A DNA stretch of 64,000 nucleotides from an uncultured Spirochaetaceae bacterium (GTDB taxonomy: Bacteria > Spirochaetota > Spirochaetia > DSM-27196 > SLST01), in contig CAYWJH010000002.1 of the NCBI GenBank assembly GCA_964458555.1, forward strand, positions 25,021 to 89,020, written 5' to 3'. Positions 1 to 10,019 of this stretch are shown piece by piece. The notes under the pieces were generated by a model. That model had not been told where the DNA came from. It saw only the letters and a list, made by a program, of their open reading frames with translations, and ran no database searches. A program made the position numbers and the translations under genes. Position 1 is the first letter of the stretch; every line of letters begins with the position of its first letter.

Positions 1-497
1 GTCATGAAGCCGGTGTCCATCATCAGCCCGATCAGCAGCGCCGTGGCGATCGAGCCGGAGAGCTCGACGCCGGTCTCCCGGTAGTAGGTGTAGACGATGG
101 TGCAGCAGGCGCCGAAGTCCTCGCGGATATCGTGGAACTGCGTCGCCGGCTTTACCGGGGGGCTGTGATGGTCGATCACGCCGTAGATCTCGCCGGGCAG
201 CCCGGAGATGTTGCTGTTGCCTACGAAGCCGTCGACGATGATGACCTGCGCGTCCTCGGCGATACGGACGTCGGAGGCGGCCTGGATGGGAATCTTGAGC
301 GTCTCGATCTCCTCGCCGAGCGAGGCGCTCTGAATCGTGCCGCCGTAGCTGAGATCGGCCTCGATCCCGTCCTGGCGCAGCAGGTGCGAGAGCGCGTACG
401 CCGCACCTACGGCGTCGTGGTCGGGAAAATCGTGCGCCTGGATGACGACCGGCCGCTCGCGGTCGATGCCTTCGAGCAGGTCGGCGTAGCTACTCAC
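1..497 (-). CDS. DHH-family phosphoesterase (NrnA-like), N-terminal part; 3' end lies beyond the window edge
   Basis: Own translation of - strand from GTG at 497: VSSYADLLEGIDRERPVVIQAHDFPDHDAVGAAYALSHLL...GVIDHHSPP...LIGLMMDTGF (DHH motifs). GTG overlaps the stop of the upstream TPR gene. Confidence 0.7.
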   Translation of the reverse strand, partial: MSSYADLLEGIDRERPVVIQAHDFPDHDAVGAAYALSHLLRQDGIEADLSYGGTIQSASLGEEIETLKIPIQAASDVRIAEDAQVIIVDGFVGNSNISGLPGEIYGVIDHHSPPVKPATQFHDIREDFGACCTIVYTYYRETGVELSGSIATALLIGLMMDTGFM

Positions 498-1947
498 CGG
501 GGTCCTCCTCCCCGGAACGATACGCCCGCAGACGCCACCTGGCAAGTCGCCGCTCGACGAACCCCGGCTGCAGCCCCTCCTCCGCCTCGAGGAAGGCCGC
601 CTGCGCGGTCTGCACGCGCCCGAGGAGCTCGAGCTGCGCACCCAGGTAGAAGTACATCTGCGCCTTGAGCGTATCGTCGGTGGAGGCGCGGATCTGGCTC
701 ATCGCGTACCCCTCGTTGCCCGGCTGGAGGTAGTAGCGCATCGAGTCGTAGTAGAGCGAGTCGCGCGGAACCGTATTCACGATGCCGTTGAGGAAATCGG
801 TCGCGTCCCGGTCGCGCCGGCCGCTCTTCAGCGCGAGCGCGGCGAGGAGCGCGAGATCGTAGCGCCGGTCATCCTCTTCGTACGCTCGCTCGAGGTAGGC
901 GAATGCCTCGTCGAACGCCTCGGTCATGTAGGAGAGGACGCCGATGGGCGCGAAGGCGGGTGAGTAGTCGGGACGCATCGCGAGCGTGCGCTCGTAGTCG
1001 GCGAGCGCGCCGTCGATCTCCTCCTGCGCGTCCCGCGCGCGCGCGCGCAGCGCGAAACCGAGGAAGCGCTCCTCGTTGAGCTCGATCGCGCGCGTGAAAT
1101 CCGCCTCCGCGCCTTCGAAGCGGCGCCGCTCGAGCCTCACGCGACCGCGATCTATGTAGTGCCAGTAGAACTCCGGGTCGAGCTCGATCGCGGTGGTCAG
1201 GTCGCTCTCGGCGGCGCCGAGCTCGTACTGCAGCGCGCGCGCGCGCGCCCGGTCGCTGTATGCGAACGGGTAGCCCGGTTCGAGCTCGATCGCCGCGGAA
1301 AGCTCCTCTTCCGCCTCCTCGTAGCGTTCCTGCCGGAGGTAGACGTTGCCCAGGCCGACGCGTGCAACCAGGTCGTCGGGCTCGTTTTCCAGAACGGCGC
1401 GGAAGTTCTCCGCCGCGTCGCGATACGATCGGCCCTGGACCTGGAGCTCCGCGAGCGCGGCGCGCGCCCGGACGTGGTCGGGTTCGAGCTCGAGGACGCG
1501 CTCGAGGAGCCGACGCTGTTCATCCTCCTCGCCCTCAGCGCCGCGCACGAGCGCGAGGAGATAGAGGGCGTCGGTGTTGTCGGGCTCTTCGGCGAGCACG
1601 CTGTCGAGCACGTGGGCCGCCTCGCCGGGCTCGCCGGCGATGAGAAAGAGGTTGGCGAGCAGGACCCTCGTCGCGGGGTCGTTCGGGTCGTCGAGCTCTG
1701 CCTTCTCGTACGCGGCGATCGCCGCCCCCGGGTCGCCCGCCTGGACGGAGAGGCTGATCGCGTCGTACGCCTCGGGCACCGTGAGCACGGGCTCAGGCTC
1801 TGCCGGGGCGGCCTCCGGGGCAGTCTCGGCCGGCTCGGCGGCAGACGGGGCGGCGTGTTCCGGCTGCGTGGTCTCGCAGCCGGCGAGCGCCAGCGCCAGG
1901 ATGACGGCGGCAAGCGCGCAGAGCGTAGACAGCAAGTTTCGTCGCAT
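490..1947 (-). CDS. TPR-repeat lipoprotein
   Basis: Inner part of ORF 490..2895. Start at M317 gives MRRNLLSTLCALAAVILALALAGC (lipobox) followed by many TPR-like repeats (AIELDPEFYWHYIDRG, ALAMRPDYSPAF). Confidence 0.8.
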   Translation of the reverse strand: MRRNLLSTLCALAAVILALALAGCETTQPEHAAPSAAEPAETAPEAAPAEPEPVLTVPEAYDAISLSVQAGDPGAAIAAYEKAELDDPNDPATRVLLANLFLIAGEPGEAAHVLDSVLAEEPDNTDALYLLALVRGAEGEEDEQRRLLERVLELEPDHVRARAALAELQVQGRSYRDAAENFRAVLENEPDDLVARVGLGNVYLRQERYEEAEEELSAAIELEPGYPFAYSDRARARALQYELGAAESDLTTAIELDPEFYWHYIDRGRVRLERRRFEGAEADFTRAIELNEERFLGFALRARARDAQEEIDGALADYERTLAMRPDYSPAFAPIGVLSYMTEAFDEAFAYLERAYEEDDRRYDLALLAALALKSGRRDRDATDFLNGIVNTVPRDSLYYDSMRYYLQPGNEGYAMSQIRASTDDTLKAQMYFYLGAQLELLGRVQTAQAAFLEAEEGLQPGFVERRLARWRLRAYRSGEEDPGE

Positions 1948-1978
1948 CGCGGGCCCGATCATATCGATGTGCGTTCCG

Positions 1979-2007
1979 TTGCACAAGCGAGGAGCCGTTG
2001 CTACAAT
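1979..2007 (+). promoter_or_regulatory. sigma-70-like promoter TTGCAC-N17-TACAAT (TG at -15/-14), 9 nt upstream of ATG 2017
   Basis: Read directly: ttgcac(1979-1984), 17-nt spacer, tacaat(2002-2007) preceded by tgc. No Shine-Dalgarno fits before the ATG. Confidence 0.35.
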
Positions 2008-2016
2008 CAGCGCCGC

Positions 2017-3846
2017 ATGACAAAGTCCGGCAGGGCCTACTTCCTCGTGCCGATCGTCTACATCGGCGTCATTTTCGGCCTTCTGTTTCTCCAGTTCTCC
2101 GGCGGAGAACGATTCACCCGGTCGGTCGGGCCGCTGACCCTGAACGCGACGCGCGGCGCGGCGGGCGACGACGGCACGCCGGAGGTGCGCGAGCTCACCG
2201 TTTCCTTCGACGGCATCTCGTTCTCGTTCGCCGAGGACACCGGACTGATCGTCGAGACCGCCGACGACGTCACCGACATGCGTGCGATCGGGTACGACGT
2301 GCTCGACGACGGGTTCGAGATCGAGTTCGAAGGCGGCTACGCGCTCTCGCTGCTGATCGCGGCCGATCCGACGCGCGAGCTCCAGCTCCGGCTCGAGCTG
2401 CCCGACCAGCCTGAAGGCCTGCGCGAGGTCTCGATCCCCTTCGACCACTCCGGGACGCCGATCGACGCCGAGACGGCGCGGACGAGCTTCATCACGCTCG
2501 GCATCGGAGACGACGAGTACTACTTCACCGCGCCGCCCCGCGCGTCGATCGACCTCGAAAACCGCAAGATCGTCCTCGAGCCGGAGGCCGCAGGACAGGC
2601 CATTCGCTACGTCGAGGCGACCGAAGGCGACCCGACCAGGGTCGTCGGTTGGTTCGAGGACGAGACGCTGGCGATCGCAGACGCCGAGTACGCCCAGACG
2701 ATCGGCTCGTGGGTCGAATCGGCCTACGACGGCTGGGCGAGCGGACGGTACAATGCAACCCGGTTGACCTGGGACGGACCGGGAGGCTTTGCGAGCTTCA
2801 GCGAGGAGACGCTCGCGGCGTACCTCGCCGAAGCGTGGGCGCGCGACGAGTACGATCGGGCGTTCACGGAGATGCGCCGCGCGACCGACCTGCACGCCGA
2901 CGAGCTCTCGCTCCTCTCCGCGCCCTTCCTGGGGAACCTGGACGAGATCCGCGAGCGCTTCATCGAGAACGACCGTGCCCGAATCGACCTGCTCGAAGAG
3001 CAGCTCGACTCCGAGGATGCCACGCTGTTTCGACGTCCGTCGGTCTTTCTCCTCGCCGCCGATCGCGGCAGCGAAGAGCTCTACAGCCGATTGCTCGAGT
3101 TCACGCGTGGGGTCGAGCTTCGCAGCCTCGACCTCGAAAGCGCGATCGGGCTGCTGCGCAACCTCTTCCTCGAGCCCCTCCCCGACGACCGCGCGACGTC
3201 GGCCGCGCTGCGCAGCGTCGACCTGATCCAGCTGAAACTGCTCGGCGCGATCGTGCGTACGGACGCGGGATTCTTCGTCCAGACCTCACCGGGGCAGATC
3301 GACCTCTACCAGAGCGCGGTCGCCGGCGCGGTGCTCGACGCCTACGGTTCGTCGCGCGGAGACCGGACGATGACGACGATCGGTCGCAATCTGGTCGCGT
3401 CGGTGCTCTCGCTCGCCGACGCCAACGGGATGACGCCCTCCTCGCTCCTCGTACGAGGCGAGACCGTGGAGACTGCCGAGGGCGCGATCGCGCCCGAGCG
3501 TCTCTACCCCCTCCTCGCCGAGGCGCCGAACTATCCGCGAGAGGTATCGCTCTACGAGGAGGCCGGGAGCGGCACGTGGATCTGGACGATCGTCAACGTC
3601 CGCCCGATCCGCATGAGCGAATCCGAGTGGCGCTTCGAGCTCGCCTACCCTCGCCTGCGCACGTACTACCTCGTCGTGCAGGGGGTCCCGACGTTCGAGC
3701 AGATGGAGCTCTTCGGCCAGTCCTGGCGCGACGCGCCGGACTTCGAGATCTATAGCAAGGGGCGATACTACGACCCGCAGACCGACACGCTCATCATCAA
3801 GTACTACGACGACTCCGTCCGTCGCGAGATGGCGGTGTTCTTCTGA
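2017..3846 (+). CDS. hypothetical membrane-anchored protein (609 aa)
   Basis: Inner start M287 of ORF 1159..3846: MTKSGRAYFLVPIVYIGVIFGLLFLQF (N-terminal TM helix). Coherent non-repetitive sequence; no family recognised. Confidence 0.7.
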   Translation: MTKSGRAYFLVPIVYIGVIFGLLFLQFSGGERFTRSVGPLTLNATRGAAGDDGTPEVRELTVSFDGISFSFAEDTGLIVETADDVTDMRAIGYDVLDDGFEIEFEGGYALSLLIAADPTRELQLRLELPDQPEGLREVSIPFDHSGTPIDAETARTSFITLGIGDDEYYFTAPPRASIDLENRKIVLEPEAAGQAIRYVEATEGDPTRVVGWFEDETLAIADAEYAQTIGSWVESAYDGWASGRYNATRLTWDGPGGFASFSEETLAAYLAEAWARDEYDRAFTEMRRATDLHADELSLLSAPFLGNLDEIRERFIENDRARIDLLEEQLDSEDATLFRRPSVFLLAADRGSEELYSRLLEFTRGVELRSLDLESAIGLLRNLFLEPLPDDRATSAALRSVDLIQLKLLGAIVRTDAGFFVQTSPGQIDLYQSAVAGAVLDAYGSSRGDRTMTTIGRNLVASVLSLADANGMTPSSLLVRGETVETAEGAIAPERLYPLLAEAPNYPREVSLYEEAGSGTWIWTIVNVRPIRMSESEWRFELAYPRLRTYYLVVQGVPTFEQMELFGQSWRDAPDFEIYSKGRYYDPQTDTLIIKYYDDSVRREMAVFF

Positions 3847-4541
3847 TGCGCGTACCCGCCTTCCACACGCTGCCGCACGCGTGCGAGTTCTACTTCGTGC
3901 GCCACGGCGAAAGCGAGAGCAACGCCGAAGGTCGTATCCAGGGTCACCTCGATTCGCCGCTCTCGGAGCTGGGCCGATCGCACGCGCGGGCGGCCGCGCG
4001 ATGGCTCGAGACGCGGGGGATCGACGCGATGCTCACCTCGCCGCTCTCGCGCGCGAGCGAGACCGCGCAGGTGATCGCGCGGCGTGTCGGCGTGACCGCG
4101 GTCGAAGAGCTCGCCGCGTTGATCGAGCTCGATACGGGCCGATTTTCCGGCGAGCGCCTGCGCGACGTCGCGACCGCCGACGAGGAGCTCTTCCGGCGGT
4201 TCCGCGTGCACAGCTGGGAGGCCGTGCCGGAGGCCGAGCGGATCGCGTCGCTCCAACGGCGCGCTCGTTCGGTCTGGGACCACCTCATCGAGCTCGCGCA
4301 CAACGGCCGTCGGCGAATCGCGAGCGTCACGCACGGCGGGATGATCCAGTGGCTCATCAAGGCGACGGTGGGCGCCGACGAGCAGCGGTGGATGCCGCTG
4401 TTCGAGACGTCCAACTGCGGGATATTCCTCTTCGCCGCCGAATCGACCATGCCCGCCTCGTCCGCCGGAGACGATCCGCCGACGCCGGGAACCGGCTACT
4501 TCGGGAGCTGGAAGCTGATCAACTCGGTGCCCTACGAGTAG
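3846..4541 (+). CDS. histidine phosphatase family protein (phosphoglycerate-mutase-like)
   Basis: FYFVRHGESESNAEGRIQGHLDSPLSELG (RHG catalytic motif). TGATG overlap with the upstream gene. Confidence 0.85.
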   Translation: MRVPAFHTLPHACEFYFVRHGESESNAEGRIQGHLDSPLSELGRSHARAAARWLETRGIDAMLTSPLSRASETAQVIARRVGVTAVEELAALIELDTGRFSGERLRDVATADEELFRRFRVHSWEAVPEAERIASLQRRARSVWDHLIELAHNGRRRIASVTHGGMIQWLIKATVGADEQRWMPLFETSNCGIFLFAAESTMPASSAGDDPPTPGTGYFGSWKLINSVPYE

Positions 4542-4575
4542 CGCCCGTCGCCGCGGCCCGGCCGGCCGCGCGATC

Positions 4576-6087
4576 CTACCCCAGCGCCCGCCGGAGCACG
4601 TCCTTCCAGTGCGCGAAGGCGCGGTCGTAGGCGGCCTGGACGTCGCCGGGCAGCTCGTCGGGGCTGAAGCGCTGCGCGACCGTGAGCCCCTTGAACGCGT
4701 CCTCCGGCGAAGCGAAGACGCCGGCGCCGATACCGGCGCCGCGCGCGGCGCCCTCGGCGCCGTCGGTGGAGTAGAGCTCGACGGTGGTCTTGCTCACCGC
4801 GGAGAAGGCGGTACGGAAGAGCGGGCTCTGGAACATGTTCGCGTTGCCGGCCTTGATGAGGTCGATCTGCATGCCCATGTCGCGCATGATCTCGAGCCCG
4901 TACCCGAGCGCGAAGACGACGCCCTCCTGACCGGCGCGAAGCAGGTGCTCGCGGCGGTGGACGTTGAAGTTCAGCGCGTGGATCGACGCGCCGATGTCGT
5001 TGTTCTCGAGCGTCCGCTCGGCCCCGTTGCCGAAGGGCAGGACGACGAGGCCTTCGCTGCCGATCGGCGCCTGCTCGGCGATCTCGTTGATGTCGCCGTA
5101 CGAGGTGGTGCCGAAACTGTTGTCGACCGTGTTCTGCTTGAGCCAGCGGTTGCAGATACCCGTGCCGTTGACGCACATCAGCACGCCGTAGCGCTTTCGG
5201 TCTGGCGCGTGGTTGACGTGCACGAAGGTGTTCACGCGCGAGCGCTCGTCGTAGGCGGGCCGGTCGACGACGCCGTAGACGACGCCCGAGGTGCCGGCGG
5301 TGGCGGCGAGCTCACCGGGCTCGAGCACGCTCAGGCTGAGCGCGTTGTTCGGCTGATCGCCGGCGCGGTAGGAGACGGGAGTACCCTCGGGTACTCCGAG
5401 CTCCTTCGCCGCCTCCGCGGTGACCGTGCCGTGGTCGCCGAAGCTCTCGCGATACTCGGGCAGGACGTCGTGGTCGAAGCCGTAGTAGTCGAGCAGGAAC
5501 TCGGCCGGCGCCTCGTTGCGGGAGTCCCAGAGGATACCCTCGGAGAGGCCGCTCGCGGTCGTGTAGAGCTCGCCGGTCATCCGGTAAGCGAGGTAGTCGC
5601 CCGGGAGCATCATCTTCCAGACCGACTCGTAGAGCTGCGGCTCCTCGTTCTTCACCCAGGCGAGCTTTGCGGCGGTGAAGTTGCCCGGCGAGTTGAGCAG
5701 GCGCGAGAGCGTCTCGGACTCGCCGAGGTCGGAGAACGCCTTCTCGCCGTAGGGGATGGCGCGGCTGTCGCACCAGATAATGGAGGGACGGAGCACCGTC
5801 CTGTTCTTGTCGATCACGACGAGGCCGTGCATCTGGTAGGAGATGCCGATCGCGCCCACGGCATCCAGAGCCGCCGCGTGCTTCTCGCGGAGCATCCCCA
5901 CGGCCCGACGCATGTGCTCCCACCAGAGCTCCGGGTCCTGCTCGGCCCAGCCGGGCTGCTTCGCGACCATGTCCAGCTCGGTCTCCGGCGAAGTCGCGCT
6001 TGCGACCGAGCGGCCGGTGGCCACCTCGAGGAGGCTCGCCTTGATCGAGCTCGACCCGACGTCGAATCCCAGCAGATAGTCGGCCAT
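4576..6087 (-). CDS. xylB: xylulokinase (FGGY carbohydrate kinase)
   Basis: Start at M29 of ORF 4576..6171: MADYLLGFDVGSSSIKASLL...PGWAEQDPELWW...ISYQMHGLVVID...RPSIIWCDSR. Lies 1 nt downstream of the tkt stop. Confidence 0.8.
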   Translation of the reverse strand: MADYLLGFDVGSSSIKASLLEVATGRSVASATSPETELDMVAKQPGWAEQDPELWWEHMRRAVGMLREKHAAALDAVGAIGISYQMHGLVVIDKNRTVLRPSIIWCDSRAIPYGEKAFSDLGESETLSRLLNSPGNFTAAKLAWVKNEEPQLYESVWKMMLPGDYLAYRMTGELYTTASGLSEGILWDSRNEAPAEFLLDYYGFDHDVLPEYRESFGDHGTVTAEAAKELGVPEGTPVSYRAGDQPNNALSLSVLEPGELAATAGTSGVVYGVVDRPAYDERSRVNTFVHVNHAPDRKRYGVLMCVNGTGICNRWLKQNTVDNSFGTTSYGDINEIAEQAPIGSEGLVVLPFGNGAERTLENNDIGASIHALNFNVHRREHLLRAGQEGVVFALGYGLEIMRDMGMQIDLIKAGNANMFQSPLFRTAFSAVSKTTVELYSTDGAEGAARGAGIGAGVFASPEDAFKGLTVAQRFSPDELPGDVQAAYDRAFAHWKDVLRRALG

Positions 6088-6088
6088 A

Positions 6089-8059
6089 CTACGCCTCGAT
6101 CGCTCGCTGCAGGTTCTCGGCGGTGAAGCCGAGATACTCGGCGACCTCGCCCCCGGGGCCCGATTCGCCAAACCGGTCGAGCGCGAACACGTTCTCGCTG
6201 CCGGAGGCGATCGCCTGCCATCCGAAGCTCACGCCCACCTCCGCGGCGACGACCTTCACGCCGGCCGGGAAGAGCGCGGTGCGGAAGCTCTCATCCTGTT
6301 CGCGCAGCCGCTCCATCGACACGACGGAGACGACCCGCACCTTCCGGCTCGACTTCTCGGCCGCCTCGCGCGCGAGGCTCACCTCGCTGCCGGTCGCCGC
6401 GACGACGACGTCCGGGGTGCCATCGGTATCTTTCACGACGTAGGCGCCGCGTCGCGCCTCGCGCTTCCATCCTTCCGGTTTCGCGTAGTTGACGAGGTTC
6501 TGCCGCGTGAGCAGCAGCGCCGTGGGGCCCTCGAGCCGCTCCATCGCCATGAGCCACGCCTCCGCCGTTTCTTCCTCGTCACCCGGCCTGATGACGGCCA
6601 CGTTGGGAATCGTGCGCAGCGCCGCGGCGTGCTCGACGGGTTGATGCGTCGGGCCGTCTTCGCCGACGAAGATCGAGTCGTGCGTGAAGACGTAGACGAC
6701 CGGAAGGCCCATGATCGCGGCGAGCCGGATCGACGGCCGCATGTAGTCTGAAAAGACGAGGAAGGTCGCGCAGAACGGCCGGAAGAGGCCGTAGAGCGCG
6801 AGCCCGTTGGTCACCGCGCCCATGGCGTGCTCGCGGACGCCGAAGTTTATCGTGCGTCCGGTGGGCGTCTCGGTCGTGAAGACCCCGTGCTGGGGCATCG
6901 CGGTGATGTTCGACGCGGCGAGATCCGCCGCCCCCCCAATGAAGCCCGGCACCGTGTCCGCGATCGCGTTGAGAACCGTGCCGCTCGCCTTGCGCGTAGC
7001 GTTCTTGCCGCCCACCTCGTAGTCAGGAAGCTTCACGTCCTTCAGGTAGTCGACGCTGCCGGCGCGCGTTGCGTCCCACTGTTTCGCGAGCTCGGGGTTC
7101 TCGTTTCGCCACGCGTCGAACTCGGTCTTCCACGCGTCGTGGGCCTTCTGAAGCTCGCCCGCGCGGGCGGCGAAGTGCGCGGTCGCGTCGGGATGGATGA
7201 AGAACTCCTGGTCCTCCTCGAGACCCAGATTCTTCCGCGTCGCCTTGATCTCGTCCTCGCCGAGCGGGGCGCCGTGCACGCCGCTCGTCCCTGCCTTGTT
7301 CGGGGATCCCTTCCCGATGACCGTGCGCATCACGATCAGGCTGGGCTTGTCGGTCACCGATTTCGCCTTCTCGATCGCCTTCTCGATCGCCTTCGCATCG
7401 TACCCGTCCACGTGCTGGACGTGCCAGCCGTACGCCTCGAAGCGCGCGCCGACGTCTTCGGTGAAGGTCATGTCGGTACTGCCGTCGATCGAGATATCGT
7501 TATCGTCGTAGAAGACGGTCAGTCGGCCCAGGCCCAGGTGCCCCGCGAACGAGCACGCCTCCGAGGAGACGCCTTCCATCATATCGCCGTCTCCGGCGAG
7601 GGCGTAGGTGTAGTGATCGACGACCGTACGCTTCCCGGTGTTGTACGTGGCGGCGGCCATCCGTTCGGCGATCGCCATGCCCACGGCGTTCGAGATGCCC
7701 TGCCCGAGTGGCCCGGTCGTCGTTTCGATCCCTACGGTGTGCCCGTACTCCGGATGGCCCGGCGTCTTCGAGCCGACCTGCCGGAATCGCTTGAGCTCGG
7801 CAAGCGGCAGATCGAACCCGGCGAGATGGAGCAACGAGTAGAGAAACATCGACCCGTGTCCGGCGGAGAGAACGAAGCGGTCACGGTTCGGCCAGGCAGG
7901 ATCGGCGGGGTCGTACGTCATCACGTCGCCGTAGAGAAGCGCGCCGAGCTCCGCGCATCCCATCGGCAGGCCGGGGTGCCCCGAGTTCGCCGCCTCGACG
8001 GCGTCCATCGAGAGCGATCGAATAGAGAGTGCAATGGCGTCTATCTGTGCCTGATCCAT
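6089..8059 (-). CDS. tkt: transketolase
   Basis: 656 aa: SIRSLSMDAVEAANSGHPGLPMG...LSAGHGSMFLYSLLHL...GIETTTGPLGQGISNAVGMA...ALAGDGDMMEG. Confidence 0.95.
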   Translation of the reverse strand: MDQAQIDAIALSIRSLSMDAVEAANSGHPGLPMGCAELGALLYGDVMTYDPADPAWPNRDRFVLSAGHGSMFLYSLLHLAGFDLPLAELKRFRQVGSKTPGHPEYGHTVGIETTTGPLGQGISNAVGMAIAERMAAATYNTGKRTVVDHYTYALAGDGDMMEGVSSEACSFAGHLGLGRLTVFYDDNDISIDGSTDMTFTEDVGARFEAYGWHVQHVDGYDAKAIEKAIEKAKSVTDKPSLIVMRTVIGKGSPNKAGTSGVHGAPLGEDEIKATRKNLGLEEDQEFFIHPDATAHFAARAGELQKAHDAWKTEFDAWRNENPELAKQWDATRAGSVDYLKDVKLPDYEVGGKNATRKASGTVLNAIADTVPGFIGGAADLAASNITAMPQHGVFTTETPTGRTINFGVREHAMGAVTNGLALYGLFRPFCATFLVFSDYMRPSIRLAAIMGLPVVYVFTHDSIFVGEDGPTHQPVEHAAALRTIPNVAVIRPGDEEETAEAWLMAMERLEGPTALLLTRQNLVNYAKPEGWKREARRGAYVVKDTDGTPDVVVAATGSEVSLAREAAEKSSRKVRVVSVVSMERLREQDESFRTALFPAGVKVVAAEVGVSFGWQAIASGSENVFALDRFGESGPGGEVAEYLGFTAENLQRAIEA

Positions 8060-8124
8060 GAGTTCCTCCGAGATCGATTTCGGCCCGTATCATAGCAGGG
8101 CACGCCGAAGGTGTCACGGCGCGG

Positions 8125-8175
8125 GGCTGCGGCTTCCGCGGGCTGCGGCTTCCGCGGGCTGCGGCGGCTTCCGCA
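8125..8175. repeat. tandem 16-nt repeat ggctgcggcttccgcg x2 plus a third copy with a 3-nt insertion that forms a hairpin
   Basis: Copies at 8125-8140, 8141-8156 and 8157-8175 (ggctgcggCGGcttccgca). The third copy pairs ggctgcgg with ccgcagcc. Located in the tkt/leuB divergent intergenic region. Confidence 0.7.
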
Positions 8176-8188
8176 GCCGCGCCCCTGC

Positions 8189-9295
<1,107 letters not shown>

Positions 9296-9332
9296 CGGCT
9301 GGACGTGCGCGGTTCCCGGCCGGCGCGGAGGC

Positions 9333-10019
9333 CTACCGGCGCTCGAGCTCGGCGGCGATCTCGTCGAGCGAAATCGCCTCGCTCTCGAGCAGCACGAGCA
9401 GGTGGTAGAGCAGGTCGGCGGTCTCGCTCGTGAGCGTCTCGCGCGTCGAGGCGAGCAGGAGCTCGACCGCTTCCTCGCCCGTCTTCTTGCGGATTTTCTC
9501 GGATCCCGATGTGAACAGATGAGTGGTGTAGCTGCCTTCGGGGAGCTCGGCGTGCCGCTCGGCGACGAGCGCCGCGAGCTCGGTCAGGACGCGGCCGATG
9601 CGCGTCGCCCCGTCGGTGTCGCCGCGAGAGGCGGCGTCTCCGCTCGGCGCGCCCGCCCCCGGGCCCGCGTCACCGCCGTGGGTCGCGTCCTGAGTTTCGT
9701 CTGCGTCCGGCCCGGCCGCACCGTAGTCGGCCGCGTCGACCTCTTCGCCGAGCACCGCCTCGTACCACGTCCCGCGGTCGGCGATCGTGACGGCGGTCTG
9801 TTCGTAAAACGGAAGCAGCCTCCCCGTTCCGGGGTGGAGCGCCCACAGGTGTCCCCGCTCGATCGTCTTGCGGAAGCCCTTCGGGTTCTCTTCGAGCACG
9901 CCGACGGGACGTCCGTCCGGAGCGCAGACGACGAGCGGGCGGTTTTCTCGATCGGCGCCGACAGGGGCGGAGCCCGCGCCGCCGGGGGCCGATCCGTCGG
10001 TCGCGCCGCCCATCACCAC
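9333..10019 (-). CDS. hisE: phosphoribosyl-ATP pyrophosphatase (HisE) domain protein with a divergent HisI-like N-terminal region
   Basis: C-terminus LPEGSYTTHLFTSGSEKIRKKTGEEAVELLLAS...ADLLYHLLVLLESEAISLDEIAAELERR is HisE-like. The N-terminal half only loosely resembles HisI. Overlaps the hisA stop. Confidence 0.75.
   Translation of the reverse strand: MVMGGATDGSAPGGAGSAPVGADRENRPLVVCAPDGRPVGVLEENPKGFRKTIERGHLWALHPGTGRLLPFYEQTAVTIADRGTWYEAVLGEEVDAADYGAAGPDADETQDATHGGDAGPGAGAPSGDAASRGDTDGATRIGRVLTELAALVAERHAELPEGSYTTHLFTSGSEKIRKKTGEEAVELLLASTRETLTSETADLLYHLLVLLESEAISLDEIAAELERR

Noticed and set aside
132-668. ORF 132..668(+), 178 aa, at the window start.
   Set aside because: It is antisense to the DHH phosphoesterase and the TPR lipoprotein genes, and its product is low-complexity (PPPRGRPPARSARARGARAA).
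4542-4575. GC-rich inverted repeat cgcggcc...ggccgcg between the convergent phosphatase and xylB genes, considered as a bidirectional terminator. Similar short GC palindromes occur at 9296-9332, 53331-53408 and 62379-62420.
   Set aside because: The stems are only 6-7 bp, with no flanking U-tracts on either strand. Such palindromes are frequent in GC-rich DNA, so none is called as a terminator.
8125-8175. Whether the 16-nt tandem repeats could be a CRISPR array or minisatellite.
   Set aside because: There are no spacers between the copies, only three copies, and no cas genes. The feature is kept only as a promoter-region tandem repeat.
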